This document shows, piece by piece, positions 1-9,424 of a stretch of DNA of 64,000 nucleotides; the stretch's first letter is position 1, and each line of letters begins with the position of its first letter. A program made the position numbers and the translations under genes. Where the stretch lies: assembly GCA_000817105.1 (NCBI GenBank), contig JUEP01000001.1, positions 109,095 through 173,094 of the forward strand, in the 5' to 3' direction. The DNA comes from a marine actinobacterium MedAcidi-G3. GTDB lineage: Bacteria; Actinomycetota; Acidimicrobiia; Acidimicrobiales; Poriferisodalaceae. The notes beneath the pieces were generated by a model. It was given only the letters and a program-made list of their open reading frames with translations, did no database searches and was not told the DNA's origin.

Positions 1-4
1 GTTC

Positions 5-439
5 ATGGCTGAGATGATGACTGATTCGCCATACGCGATTCCTGGTGTTTCAGATGGGGGCGCTCATACCAAATTCTTTACGGGTGGAGCGTATACGACT
101 GATTTCTTAACTTGGTTAGTGCGTGATGAGGCCGTGGTCACTCTTGAAGAAGCTCATTACAGGCTGTCTAATCTTCCTGCGCATGCAGCTGGTTTTAGGG
201 ATAGAGGTACTTTGCGCGAAGGGGCTGCGGCTGACGTTCTTGTGTATGACATGGAAGAACTAGAGATCCTCCCGAATTGGATTGGCGATATCGAGTACGA
301 CCTACCAGGTGGCGAGTGGCGGCGAGTGCAGCGAGCAGCCGGGTATGACCGGATCATCGTCAATGGTGAAACTACGTTTGCGTCCGGCGAATGTACCGGA
401 GCGACACCTGGAAAGCTACTGCGTCACGGCCGCGGGTGA
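5..439 (+). CDS. Amidohydrolase family protein (N-acyl-D-amino-acid deacylase-like), C-terminal part; begins before window
   Basis: SDGGAH motif, 'RGTLREGAAADVLVYD' and 'IIVNG...TGATPGKLLR' amidohydrolase C-terminus. Confidence 0.8.
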   Translation: MAEMMTDSPYAIPGVSDGGAHTKFFTGGAYTTDFLTWLVRDEAVVTLEEAHYRLSNLPAHAAGFRDRGTLREGAAADVLVYDMEELEILPNWIGDIEYDLPGGEWRRVQRAAGYDRIIVNGETTFASGECTGATPGKLLRHGRG

Positions 440-453
440 GGTTCGCTCCCCCG

Positions 454-1011
454 CTAGTCCTTTGGTGGCGAGTCCCAATCCTGAACGTCGCGGCCTTCAA
501 TTTTTGACAAGATATCCAGTGCGGCGGCGGCACCGTCGCCTGCTGAAATAATTGCCTGACTGCGTGTCGGGCGTGCGCTCCGCCCAATTACGTAGATATT
601 TTCTATTGACGTTCGGCCGTTTTGGTCTACCGGGACTACATCGTCTTCTCCAGCGGCAACTTGGATTCCTAATGATTGAGCAATCGGCATCTGCTTGCCT
701 TCACCCAAAATAAGAAAATCTGGTGAGTGGACGTCCGAAGCTGTTTCTACTGTGATGGCATTGCCTTCAGCCTTCACGCTCGTGACTTCCTGGTCCAAGA
801 GAGTCGCACCGGCGTTAATAACCTGGTTTTTGGCTGCGATCTGGAAATCTGTGCCGCTTATTGCGTCGACTCCTAAGTAATTATTCAGAAACGCGAAATT
901 CATAACCGTCGCGTCCGTCCCATAAACAGTCACTTGGTTGTCGGAACGAGCCAAAAATAGAGCGGCGCTAAGACCACCAGGCCCGTCGCCGACGATTGTG
1001 ATTTGAGCCAT
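454..1011 (-). CDS. Short FAD-dependent thioredoxin-reductase-like oxidoreductase
   Basis: IVGDGPGGLSAALFLAR dinucleotide motif, NNYLG, TSIENIYVIG...QAIISAGDG; RBS GGAAG/AAGGGA upstream. Confidence 0.8.
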   Translation of the reverse strand: MAQITIVGDGPGGLSAALFLARSDNQVTVYGTDATVMNFAFLNNYLGVDAISGTDFQIAAKNQVINAGATLLDQEVTSVKAEGNAITVETASDVHSPDFLILGEGKQMPIAQSLGIQVAAGEDDVVPVDQNGRTSIENIYVIGRSARPTRSQAIISAGDGAAAALDILSKIEGRDVQDWDSPPKD

Positions 1012-1158
1012 CTTTGGCTTCCCTTCGTTTCGGCTTCTGTTTTAGCCGTAGACCGCTTGAGGCGCCAATGCGAATTAAGGTCTCGCAGCGACAAATAAAG
1101 CATCGTCCCGCTGGTTCTCGTATTGTAGAGAGAGCGGTCGAAAGGAAAGTAGAAAGCC

Positions 1159-1863
1159 ATGGATGTGTACACACCACCGGAAGAAGTCGATTTCCATTTC
1201 GATGTGATGTGCCCCTGGGCCTATCAGACGTCGTTGTGGATGCGCGACGTTAGAGACCAGTTAGATCTGAAAGTCAATTGGAAGTTTTTCAGCCTCGAAG
1301 AGATAAACCTAAAAGAGGGAAAGAAACATCCATGGGAGCGAGAGTGGAGCTACGGGTGGTCGATGATGCGGATCGGTGTCATCCTGCGGCGCCTAGATAT
1401 GGGTCTCTTAGACGACTGGTACGCCCTTGCAGGAAGGGCTTTGCACGTTGACGGGAACCGGCCCCACAACCCCGAGGTTGCCCGACACCTTTTGGAACAA
1501 ATCGGTGCCGATCCAGGCATTGTGGAGGAATCGATAAACGATTTGTCGACTCACGATGAGATCAAGGCCGAACATGACCGAGTAGTGAAAACTGGTGGGT
1601 TCGGGGTGCCGACGCTCTTTTTCCCTGACGGGCAAGCTTTTTTCGGACCGGTTCTGTTGAACCCGCCTGTGGGTGATGCTGCCCTTCGTCTATGGAACGC
1701 CGTAACAGCTTGGCTCGAATTTCCGAACCTCTATGAGATGCAACGACCCAAAACGGGTTCAGATGAACAGGCGATCTACGAAACCTTTAAGCCTTACCTC
1801 GAAGCCAGAGACTGGGTAAGTATCAATCGCGGTAAAGTTGTGGGCTTCGAACCGGAGGAATGA
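1159..1863 (+). CDS. DsbA/thioredoxin-fold protein (Rv2466c-like)
   Basis: FHFDVMCPWAY active-site motif and GFGVPTL cis-Pro loop; AAGGA upstream. Confidence 0.8.
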   Translation: MDVYTPPEEVDFHFDVMCPWAYQTSLWMRDVRDQLDLKVNWKFFSLEEINLKEGKKHPWEREWSYGWSMMRIGVILRRLDMGLLDDWYALAGRALHVDGNRPHNPEVARHLLEQIGADPGIVEESINDLSTHDEIKAEHDRVVKTGGFGVPTLFFPDGQAFFGPVLLNPPVGDAALRLWNAVTAWLEFPNLYEMQRPKTGSDEQAIYETFKPYLEARDWVSINRGKVVGFEPEE

Positions 1864-1867
1864 GGGT

Positions 1868-2176
1868 CTAGCCGATGGGTTCGTCCTCGTCGTCGCCGAC
1901 CAGTTCGGCGGCGGTAGCTAGAGCTGCGGCGAGGGTTACGCTTCGGTGGTAGATGGCATCAAAGTAGTGCTCAGCGGTGTCTTCTTGGCCGTTTAGAGGT
2001 GCCGCGCCCAAGCTGTGAATGACGGCTGCTGCATCTTCCGCAACTTGAACCTTGGAAGGGCGGTCGGGAAGCGCTGTTGGGCCATGCCAGAATTCCCTCG
2101 TGGCTTTTTCTGTCTCCGAGTTTGTACCGGAGTTGCTTAAGCGTCGAGTTCTTGAGTGCTTTCGTTTCTTAGTCAC
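1868..2176 (-). CDS. Hypothetical protein coupled to SNF2 helicase
   Basis: Overlaps helicase stop by 8 nt; protein-like composition with basic N-terminus. Confidence 0.65.
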   Translation of the reverse strand: MTKKRKHSRTRRLSNSGTNSETEKATREFWHGPTALPDRPSKVQVAEDAAAVIHSLGAAPLNGQEDTAEHYFDAIYHRSVTLAAALATAAELVGDDEDEPIG

Positions 2177-5100
2177 TGTCCGCCCCTGTTAGTGAGTCGT
2201 CGAGTATGTCATCGGGGTCTGCGGCCAACATCGCCTCAGGGTCGATCCCCAGAGCCGAACGCAACTGTTCCGCATCGAGGTCCCCTAAGGAGCTCGATTT
2301 AGGCAGGACCATATCTGCAATGCGACGTTTGCCTTGAACGACTTCTTCCACTCGTTCGTCAACGGTTCCTGGGCACACCAACCGGTGACAAATAACGGTC
2401 TTAGTCTGTCCAATTCGCCATACGCGATCTCGAGCTTGGTCCTCCACAGCTGGGTTCCACCAACGGTCATAGAGCACTACATGGCTAGCCGCCGTCAAGT
2501 TAAGACCAGTCCCTCCTGCCTTTAGGGACAGAACCATCGCTCCAGCACCCTTGCCCGCCTGGAAAGAGTCGACCATTCGATCTCGCGTGCCGCGTGCCAA
2601 CCCGCCGTGGTAGCAGTCGATGCTTACACCAGTTCGCTTCGTAAGGTACTCTGCGAGCCGCTCGCCCCAGGTTGCAAAGTGCGTGAAGATCAATATTCTC
2701 TCATCGGCGGCAAAAACCGCGTCAACAATCTCATTTAGTCGAGTGAGCTTGCCGCTCCTGCCTTCTAGCTCGATGTTGGTGTCTTCTTTGTCGTAGTTGA
2801 GTGGATGGTTACAGATCTGCTTCAGGGCGGTTATCGCTGCTAGTACTAGGCCCTTTTGTTGACTTGTGTTTTGTTCGCTTTCGGCGGTATCTCGGACCAG
2901 TTTGTCGAGTACCGCTTGATAAAGCCCGATCTGCTCGGGCGTCATCGTGCACTGGGCGAGTTCGTCGATCCGGTCTGGTAGTTCGGCTGCTATTAACGGC
3001 TCAGCTTTGGTTCTTCGGAAGACTAGGACGCCGTTAAGCGCGTGGAGCGCAGACTCAGCTGCTTCATCACCGTCTCCGATCTGATTTAGTTGATTAATAA
3101 AAGAGGTTCGCCCCCCGACTAATCCGGGGTTACAAAAGTCGAGTATCGCCCATAAATCGCCGAGCCCATTTTCGATTGGTGTACCAGTGAGAGCCAAGCG
3201 GGCGCGGGCATTCAACTTTCTTAGCTCTTGCGCAGTTGTGCTTCGATGGTTCTTAATTACCTGAGCTTCGTCCAAGACCACGCGATCCCACTCCAGCCTT
3301 GCAAGTTCATCGACGTCCCTGACAGCTGTCCCATATGTAGTAATCACTAAGTCAGCGGAACGCAGCGCACTGGCTAACCGAGGTCCGTTCGCTCGGTTAG
3401 GCCCGTGGTGAACTAATACTTTGACATTCGGTGTGAAGCGTTTCGCCTCCGCAGCCCAGTTACCAACGACTGCAGGCGGGGCGATTACTAGTGAAGGCGT
3501 TTCGCCCGGCGCTACACCCATTCGAGCCAAGATCGTGGGAGTTTTTCCGAGGCCCATGTCAAGTGCTAGGCAGCCTCCTAAGCCGGCATCATCTAAGAAT
3601 TGCAGCCAGCCAACGGCTTCGGCCTGGTAACTGCGTAACTCGCCAGAGAAGCCGACCGGCTGGGTGTCAGGTTCTGAATTCACGCCTCCAGCGGCACGCA
3701 GTAGGTCACTGGCCCAACTGCTACCTCCAAGTGTTACTCCCCCGCTGACGCTATTGCCTTCTATTCCTAGGGCGTGCCGAAGCATCTGAGCGCCAGTTAG
3801 CTCGGTCATGTCTGAACGCTCTGCCAACGCAGCGGCCGCTTCGACTAGGTCAGCTTTTTCTAAAGCAACCCAGCGGCCACGAGATTGAACCAGAGGCTTT
3901 TTCTGCATGGCTAGTCGTTGAATCTCGGCGGCAGTGAGTTCGACTTCTCCGAACACAGCGCTCCAACTCACTGCTGTGAGCTGCTGAGCTCCAACCTTGC
4001 TGTCGGTATCGTCGGCGGTCAAGCGTAGTTGGGCTACTTGACGTCTCCGAGAAAGGGCTGGAACCCTCACGTCAAAACCTGCAGATTCTAGCGCCGGGCC
4101 GGTACTGGACATGAGTTCCCAGGCTTCATCTTGATCAAGGAGTACCTCACCTCGTCTTCGTCCGCCTGGACGTTTGAGAGCAGGCACCATGCGTTCCAAA
4201 CGGGTGTATTGGCCCTTCACTTCAGTTCGTCGGGTATTTGAACCGCTAACCATTGCGACTTCGACTGGATCCATCGAATTCTCGGGACCTGGAGACAAGA
4301 CCTGCAGTTGCCAGGCTCCGCTTTCATCGGGTTCGTCCAGCTGAACGATAAGCGCATACTTAGCCACCGCTGTCACAGGTCTTGCCCATAGCTCTAATTT
4401 TCGGGCGAGATCAGATCCATTGTCAGCCGCTGCGGAGAACGGTCGACCACTCAGATTGGCCAGGAAGGTTTCGGCGACTTCTGTCTTAGAGCGCGGTTCT
4501 GGAGGCGGAGCCGGCACATCTAATCGGCTTGCAGCATTGGCGACAATTGCATTTACCATTCCCGTCAAAGCCGACTGCACCACGGCCCGAGCATCTGGTC
4601 CGGGATCTGCCGCTGTCACGGCACCTGGTAAGGAGTTGGCAAATGCCTCGAGTCTCCTTTTGCTTATGATCCCCGGCATCCATTGGACAATAAACTCGCC
4701 TTTATTGGTCTTGTTCCGTTTGTTTCTTCGCTTACGGATTCGCTGGAGCTTCGGGACCGTGCGCCCCTGGGCGACAAGACCGACAGCAGCAGCCGCAACG
4801 AGACTTAACCAACGTGCACTCGCTCCGATTTGACCTACGTTACTTTCGCTTTTGCCGGCAAGGTCTACTTCCGGTTGAGCCGGGTGCGAATCGACCGCAG
4901 TGAGACTCCCTATGTCCGCGTCCCCATGGCTACCTTCGATCGGTTCGTTCGCCTGGGCTATCCATGGCTGGGTTGCCATAGCAGCGAGCCAACCAAGAAC
5001 GTCGCCAACATGGGCCGCCAATGCTGGAGCTGTCGACCCTGTTGGTAAGGCGATGTCTCGGTAGTTTTCCCAAGCATTTTCGGGAGCGCCCGCTTCGACT

Positions 5101-5594
5101 AGTCGCACAAGGATCCCTTCCGCTGAATCAGCTTCGTTGAAGGCGCCGGATGCCCAAGCCACGACCTTGCCTGAGTTCCACGAAAGTTGCAGCTTTATTG
5201 GTTCTACTGCAGCACCATCAGGTATTGCGGGCTCTTCTACTTCTTCTGCGTCGTCGTTGAAATACGGGTCGCCTGTTGCGCGTTCGAATGCTTCGGTCAG
5301 GAGGGAAAACTCACTTTCGAAGTCAGTCATGATCTGATTTCGATGAGGGCCCTTAATTCGTCGAACTGACTGAAGTGTGTCTTCCGCCTCTTCGATCATG
5401 TCGGTTAAGACGTTTCGCCAACGCACTGGATCTGATTCGAGTTGGGCGATAATTAAGGCTGAAGCAGCTCCATCTGCCTCAAGTCGGGCACGCTGCTGAA
5501 TTTCGTCCCAAGATAAAGACGCAAGCAAGGACACCCTCGCCTGCTTCGCTTTACCCGGGTTATTCGTTTCCATTGTGGAATCGGTTGCGGTCAC
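2169..5594 (-). CDS. SNF2-family DEAD/DEAH helicase
   Basis: LRSYQ, LALDMGLGKT (motif I), LDEAQ (II), LTGTPIEN (III), SLKAGGTGLNLT, WWNPAVEDQARDRVWRIGQ (VI). Confidence 0.95.
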   Translation of the reverse strand: MTATDSTMETNNPGKAKQARVSLLASLSWDEIQQRARLEADGAASALIIAQLESDPVRWRNVLTDMIEEAEDTLQSVRRIKGPHRNQIMTDFESEFSLLTEAFERATGDPYFNDDAEEVEEPAIPDGAAVEPIKLQLSWNSGKVVAWASGAFNEADSAEGILVRLVEAGAPENAWENYRDIALPTGSTAPALAAHVGDVLGWLAAMATQPWIAQANEPIEGSHGDADIGSLTAVDSHPAQPEVDLAGKSESNVGQIGASARWLSLVAAAAVGLVAQGRTVPKLQRIRKRRNKRNKTNKGEFIVQWMPGIISKRRLEAFANSLPGAVTAADPGPDARAVVQSALTGMVNAIVANAASRLDVPAPPPEPRSKTEVAETFLANLSGRPFSAAADNGSDLARKLELWARPVTAVAKYALIVQLDEPDESGAWQLQVLSPGPENSMDPVEVAMVSGSNTRRTEVKGQYTRLERMVPALKRPGGRRRGEVLLDQDEAWELMSSTGPALESAGFDVRVPALSRRRQVAQLRLTADDTDSKVGAQQLTAVSWSAVFGEVELTAAEIQRLAMQKKPLVQSRGRWVALEKADLVEAAAALAERSDMTELTGAQMLRHALGIEGNSVSGGVTLGGSSWASDLLRAAGGVNSEPDTQPVGFSGELRSYQAEAVGWLQFLDDAGLGGCLALDMGLGKTPTILARMGVAPGETPSLVIAPPAVVGNWAAEAKRFTPNVKVLVHHGPNRANGPRLASALRSADLVITTYGTAVRDVDELARLEWDRVVLDEAQVIKNHRSTTAQELRKLNARARLALTGTPIENGLGDLWAILDFCNPGLVGGRTSFINQLNQIGDGDEAAESALHALNGVLVFRRTKAEPLIAAELPDRIDELAQCTMTPEQIGLYQAVLDKLVRDTAESEQNTSQQKGLVLAAITALKQICNHPLNYDKEDTNIELEGRSGKLTRLNEIVDAVFAADERILIFTHFATWGERLAEYLTKRTGVSIDCYHGGLARGTRDRMVDSFQAGKGAGAMVLSLKAGGTGLNLTAASHVVLYDRWWNPAVEDQARDRVWRIGQTKTVICHRLVCPGTVDERVEEVVQGKRRIADMVLPKSSSLGDLDAEQLRSALGIDPEAMLAADPDDILDDSLTGADSD

Positions 5595-5872
5595 TTCGCT
5601 CTTCTTATCGGTATAAATGCTACGGAACCCTTGGCTTAGCGCAGCCCGCGAGCCGCATCAGGAGGTCCTATCGACACAGAGAAACTCACTCCAGCCAGCA
5701 GCAATCTTCGCCGGCGCTCCTAAGTCACTGTGTTGCTGGTCTCTACCCAAGCCTTGGGCCAGGCCAACTGATAGCCATGGTAGCTGGCTTTATTTAAATA
5801 CGCACTGCTGGATCCCAAGAACCGTTTCTAATCGTCGCGTTAATTGCTGCCCTAGTGTCGTATCGTAGAGCT

Positions 5873-7582
5873 ATGCGCTGGTCTGCTGCTTTCATACCAA
5901 CACTTCGAGATGCCCCTGCTGACGCCGAGGCGGCGAGTCACCAGCTGTTGGTTCGCGGAGGTTTCATTCGTCAATTACATGCGGGGCATTACAGCCTGCT
6001 TCCATTGGGTTTACGTGTACACGAGAAGGTGGCGCAGATAGTTCGAGAAGAAATCGACGCAATTGGCGGTCAAGAGTTTCTTCTACCTGCAATGCATCCA
6101 GCTTCTATCTGGAAGCAAAGCGGCCGCTGGGACGTGATGGGCGATGAAATGTTTCGGCTACAGGATCGCGGCGGTGCTGAACTGGCGCTTGGGATGACCC
6201 ACGAAGAGGTTTTTTCACATTTGGCTACAACCTTGCACTCCTACAAGGAACTTCCTCAGCTTTGGTATCAAATCCAGATGAAATTCCGTGATGAGCCGCG
6301 CCCCAAAAGCGGCCTGCTTCGGGTGCGAGAATTCGCTATGAAGGACTCTTACAGCTTCGACCTTGACGATGAGGGTCTCGACGCCGCCTTCGATGCGCAC
6401 TACGACGCTTATGTGAAGATCTTCCATCGTCTCGGCTTGGCAGCAATGCCAGTGCAAGCATCATCGGGGGCGATGGGCGGCTCCGCGAGCATTGAGTTTA
6501 TGGTGGCCTCGCCTGCGGGTGAAGATGATGTTCTTGTTTGTGAGTCGTGTGACTACCGAGCCAATGTGGAACGGGGCACCTCTCAACTTGAAACCGTAGT
6601 GAATCTATTGTCAGAAGAAGAAGCTGTGCGGTTTCCGACCCCAGGCGTGCGCACTATTGCCGAACTTGAGGGAGTTGAAGAGGGCGCCGCTGCAGTCAAC
6701 CAGATCAAGACGATGGTCATGGTTTTGGATGGCGAGGTCACATTGGCGTTACTTCGGGGCGACCATCAACTAAATATACAAAAGCTGCAAGATACCTCTG
6801 GCGCGGTGGAGATTCGCCCCGCTACTTCAGATGAAACGCTCGAAGCATTGGGTGCACGACCGGGAAGTCTCGGCGCTGTGGGGGTCAGCGGTATAGCCGT
6901 TTTTTGCGACTTAGCCCTCAAGGACCGGACCGGCATGGTTACTGGCGCCAACGAAGATGATTGGCATCTACGTGGGGTTTCTGTCGAACGAGATATCGAC
7001 GTCAAATCGTGGGTTGATATCCGAGAAGTCCAAGGCGGAGAGAGCTGCATCGAATGTGGTGGCGAATTAAAACTGATTCGGTGCATTGAGGCAGGTCACA
7101 TATTTAAATTGGGTCGTAAATACTCCGATGCAATGGGTATTTCTGTTCTGGATTCACAAGGCAAGGCTCAGACTCCAACGATGGGCAGCTATGGAATTGG
7201 GATCGGACGCGCTGTGGCGGCTATTGCCGAGAGCCACCATGATGACGCTGGACTGTGTTGGCCGTTTGACGTAGCTCCTTACCACCTCTTAATCACAGTG
7301 CTCGATGTGGATGACCCGCAAGCGATGGCGGTTGCTGACTCAGTCCAGAAGTTATTTGGTGCTGCTGACCTCGACGTCCTTATTGATGATCGTGACGCTC
7401 GTCCGGGAGTTAAGTTTGCGGATGCAGAGCTAATAGGGATCCCGTATCGTCTGACAATCGGCAGCAGAAGCCTCAGTAAAGGCCAGGTCGAATTTACTCC
7501 GCGAGCTTCTGGGACCACGCAAATGTTTGATAAAGAGACCTGCGCTAGGGACGCCCTCGATACGGTTCTGTCCATGAAATGA
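5873..7582 (+). CDS. proS: Proline--tRNA ligase (with editing domain)
   Basis: SHQLLVRGGFI, THEE, KFRDEPRP.SGLLRVREF.MKDSYSF, GHIFKLG, MGSYGIG, GVKFADAELIG; ATG at 5873 preferred over GTG 5855. Confidence 0.97.
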   Translation: MRWSAAFIPTLRDAPADAEAASHQLLVRGGFIRQLHAGHYSLLPLGLRVHEKVAQIVREEIDAIGGQEFLLPAMHPASIWKQSGRWDVMGDEMFRLQDRGGAELALGMTHEEVFSHLATTLHSYKELPQLWYQIQMKFRDEPRPKSGLLRVREFAMKDSYSFDLDDEGLDAAFDAHYDAYVKIFHRLGLAAMPVQASSGAMGGSASIEFMVASPAGEDDVLVCESCDYRANVERGTSQLETVVNLLSEEEAVRFPTPGVRTIAELEGVEEGAAAVNQIKTMVMVLDGEVTLALLRGDHQLNIQKLQDTSGAVEIRPATSDETLEALGARPGSLGAVGVSGIAVFCDLALKDRTGMVTGANEDDWHLRGVSVERDIDVKSWVDIREVQGGESCIECGGELKLIRCIEAGHIFKLGRKYSDAMGISVLDSQGKAQTPTMGSYGIGIGRAVAAIAESHHDDAGLCWPFDVAPYHLLITVLDVDDPQAMAVADSVQKLFGAADLDVLIDDRDARPGVKFADAELIGIPYRLTIGSRSLSKGQVEFTPRASGTTQMFDKETCARDALDTVLSMK

Positions 7583-7615
7583 CCCATAATGCGGTACTGT
7601 TCCGCGATGTGGTTT
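7581..7615. promoter_or_regulatory. Tandem pair of candidate IclR-type operator boxes upstream of corrinoid operon
   Basis: GACCCATAATGCGGTAC-T-GTTCCGCGATGTGGTTT resembles the boxes at 22412, 22486 and 27660-27694. Confidence 0.55.
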
Positions 7616-7691
7616 GCAGTTTGTGTTTTGCAGAAGCCCAGGACGCTCTGTGACCTTGGTTTTTTAATCCCACTAGGTAGGTGTTCGCCGA

Positions 7692-8396
7692 GTGTCTGAT
7701 GAACTGGAAGAGCTTGAGGAGATTGACCTCTCGGCGCTAAACGACGTCGACCTTACTGCGCAAATGCACGACGATCTTTACGATGGAATGGCAGACGAGG
7801 TTGTAGAAGGCACATCGCTGCTGCTCTCGAGGGGTTGGCCTGCCGATCGAGTGCTAGGCGAAGCCTTGGTCGAGGGTATGCGCGTCGTCGGTATCGACTT
7901 TCGCGACGGCATCCTCTTCGTTCCGGAGGTTCTTCTAGCTGCGAATGCAATGAAGGCAGGGATGGAGATCTTGCGGCCGTTGTTGGCTGAAACGGGTGCC
8001 GAGCCGGTGGGCAAGGTAGTTCTAGGCACTGTGAAGGGCGATATTCATGACATCGGGAAAAACCTTGTTGCCATGATGCTTGAAGGCGCAGGGTTTGAGG
8101 TCATCGACCTGGGTATTAACACCGATGTTGACGAATATATAGCCGCCCTAAACGAACATAAACCAGACATTCTTGGTATGTCGGCACTTTTGACCACAAC
8201 GATGCCCTATATGAAGGTTGTAATCGACACGCTTGTCGAACAGGGACTCAGAGACGATTACATCGTGCTTGTAGGTGGCGCGCCACTTAACCAAGACTTT
8301 GGCGACGCCATCGGTGCCGACGCCTACTGCCGTGACGCTGCGGTCGCTGCCGAGACTGCAACCGAGTTTGTTCAGAAGAGGCGCTCTGCAGCATGA
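7692..8396 (+). CDS. Cobalamin-binding corrinoid protein (MttC/MtgC-like)
   Basis: GDIHDIGKNLV B12 motif, MSALLTTTM, LVGGAP; N-terminal cap domain FVPEVLLAANAM. Confidence 0.95.
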   Translation: MSDELEELEEIDLSALNDVDLTAQMHDDLYDGMADEVVEGTSLLLSRGWPADRVLGEALVEGMRVVGIDFRDGILFVPEVLLAANAMKAGMEILRPLLAETGAEPVGKVVLGTVKGDIHDIGKNLVAMMLEGAGFEVIDLGINTDVDEYIAALNEHKPDILGMSALLTTTMPYMKVVIDTLVEQGLRDDYIVLVGGAPLNQDFGDAIGADAYCRDAAVAAETATEFVQKRRSAA

Positions 8397-9037
8397 CGAG
8401 GCCAAAAGTTTTGATTTTGGCTTGCGGAGCCCTGGCGCGTGAGTTGCAGACGTTGCTGAGGGTGAACGGATTAACGAACGTAACGGTCGAGTACCTGTCT
8501 GCCTCGCTTCATAACCGACCAGAGCATATCTGCGGGCTACTTCGTCAGCGTTTGACTAACGTTCGACACTCTTTCGATCGAGTGCTTCTGGGCTATGCCG
8601 ATTGTGGGACTAGCGGGGAGATTGATCTTGTCTGCGCTGAATTCGACGCAGAGCGCCTTCCCGGTTCCCATTGCTATGACTTCTACCTGGCGCCTGGGAG
8701 ATTTGATGCACTCCAAGAAGAAGAACCAGGAACTTTCTACTTGACCGACTATTTGGCAACGCATTTCGATCGTCTCATATTTGACGGTTTGGGAATCGAG
8801 CGCCACCCAGAACTCTTTGAGCTCTACTTCGCAAACTATGAGCGAGTGGTCTACCTGGCTCAGGCTGGTACTGGTAAGACTATGACTGCAGCTTTATCGG
8901 CAGCTGGCCGCTTAGGGTTACCATTAACAACGATCGACGCTGGCTGGGGGCAACTTGGGGACACGGTTGCTCAGCTCTCAACCAGTAAATGGTCGCCTGC
9001 TGAGGCGCCTTCGATGTCGGTGGCGATATCGAAATGA
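8393..9037 (+). CDS. DUF1638 domain protein
   Basis: ILACGAL, LHNRPE, GYADCGT, HCYDF, GTFYLTD motifs; ATGA coupling to corrinoid gene. Confidence 0.85.
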   Translation: MTRPKVLILACGALARELQTLLRVNGLTNVTVEYLSASLHNRPEHICGLLRQRLTNVRHSFDRVLLGYADCGTSGEIDLVCAEFDAERLPGSHCYDFYLAPGRFDALQEEEPGTFYLTDYLATHFDRLIFDGLGIERHPELFELYFANYERVVYLAQAGTGKTMTAALSAAGRLGLPLTTIDAGWGQLGDTVAQLSTSKWSPAEAPSMSVAISK

Positions 9038-9396
9038 GCCCCAGGCGCCGACGACGTTCAGCTTCGATCACCGTAATATTTTGGCGGGATATTCCAGCTC
9101 AGGTCATAGCCGTAGATGGCCCTGATCGAGAGGCCGTGATGCTTTCTGAGCGCTTTCAACATGCAATTGATCGGGCAGCGGGCGTAGCAGGTCTGACCGA
9201 GACGGATGCATACATTGAGCAGTGGGCTCGCCGCGAGCAGGATCCAGAAATAGACACAACCGGTCAGATCTCGCAGATCGTGGCATCCCTAGAAGCTCAC
9301 CACGATAAACAGACTCTGGAGCAATTGGTACGAAACGGTGGATTCGCCACCACTGATAGCGCCCCAGGCGATGGCTCTAATCAGCTCATCAATTAG
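9034..9396 (+). CDS. Virulence_fact-family small protein of corrinoid clusters
   Basis: WRDIPAQV...LSERFQHAIDRAA...DAYIEQW signature; ATGA coupling. Confidence 0.8.
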   Translation: MSPRRRRRSASITVIFWRDIPAQVIAVDGPDREAVMLSERFQHAIDRAAGVAGLTETDAYIEQWARREQDPEIDTTGQISQIVASLEAHHDKQTLEQLVRNGGFATTDSAPGDGSNQLIN

Positions 9397-9424
9397 AAGT
9401 AATTGTTATCTCTAAGGAGAATGT

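Noticed and set aside
7583-7691. Cobalamin riboswitch before the corrinoid operon
   Set aside because: Only about 110 bp, and no B12-box or GGGAA/GCCACTG core elements are visible
9034-9396. Virulence function or Tat export of the RRRRR protein
   Set aside because: The family name is historical, the context is cobalamin methyl transfer, and there is no proper hydrophobic signal region
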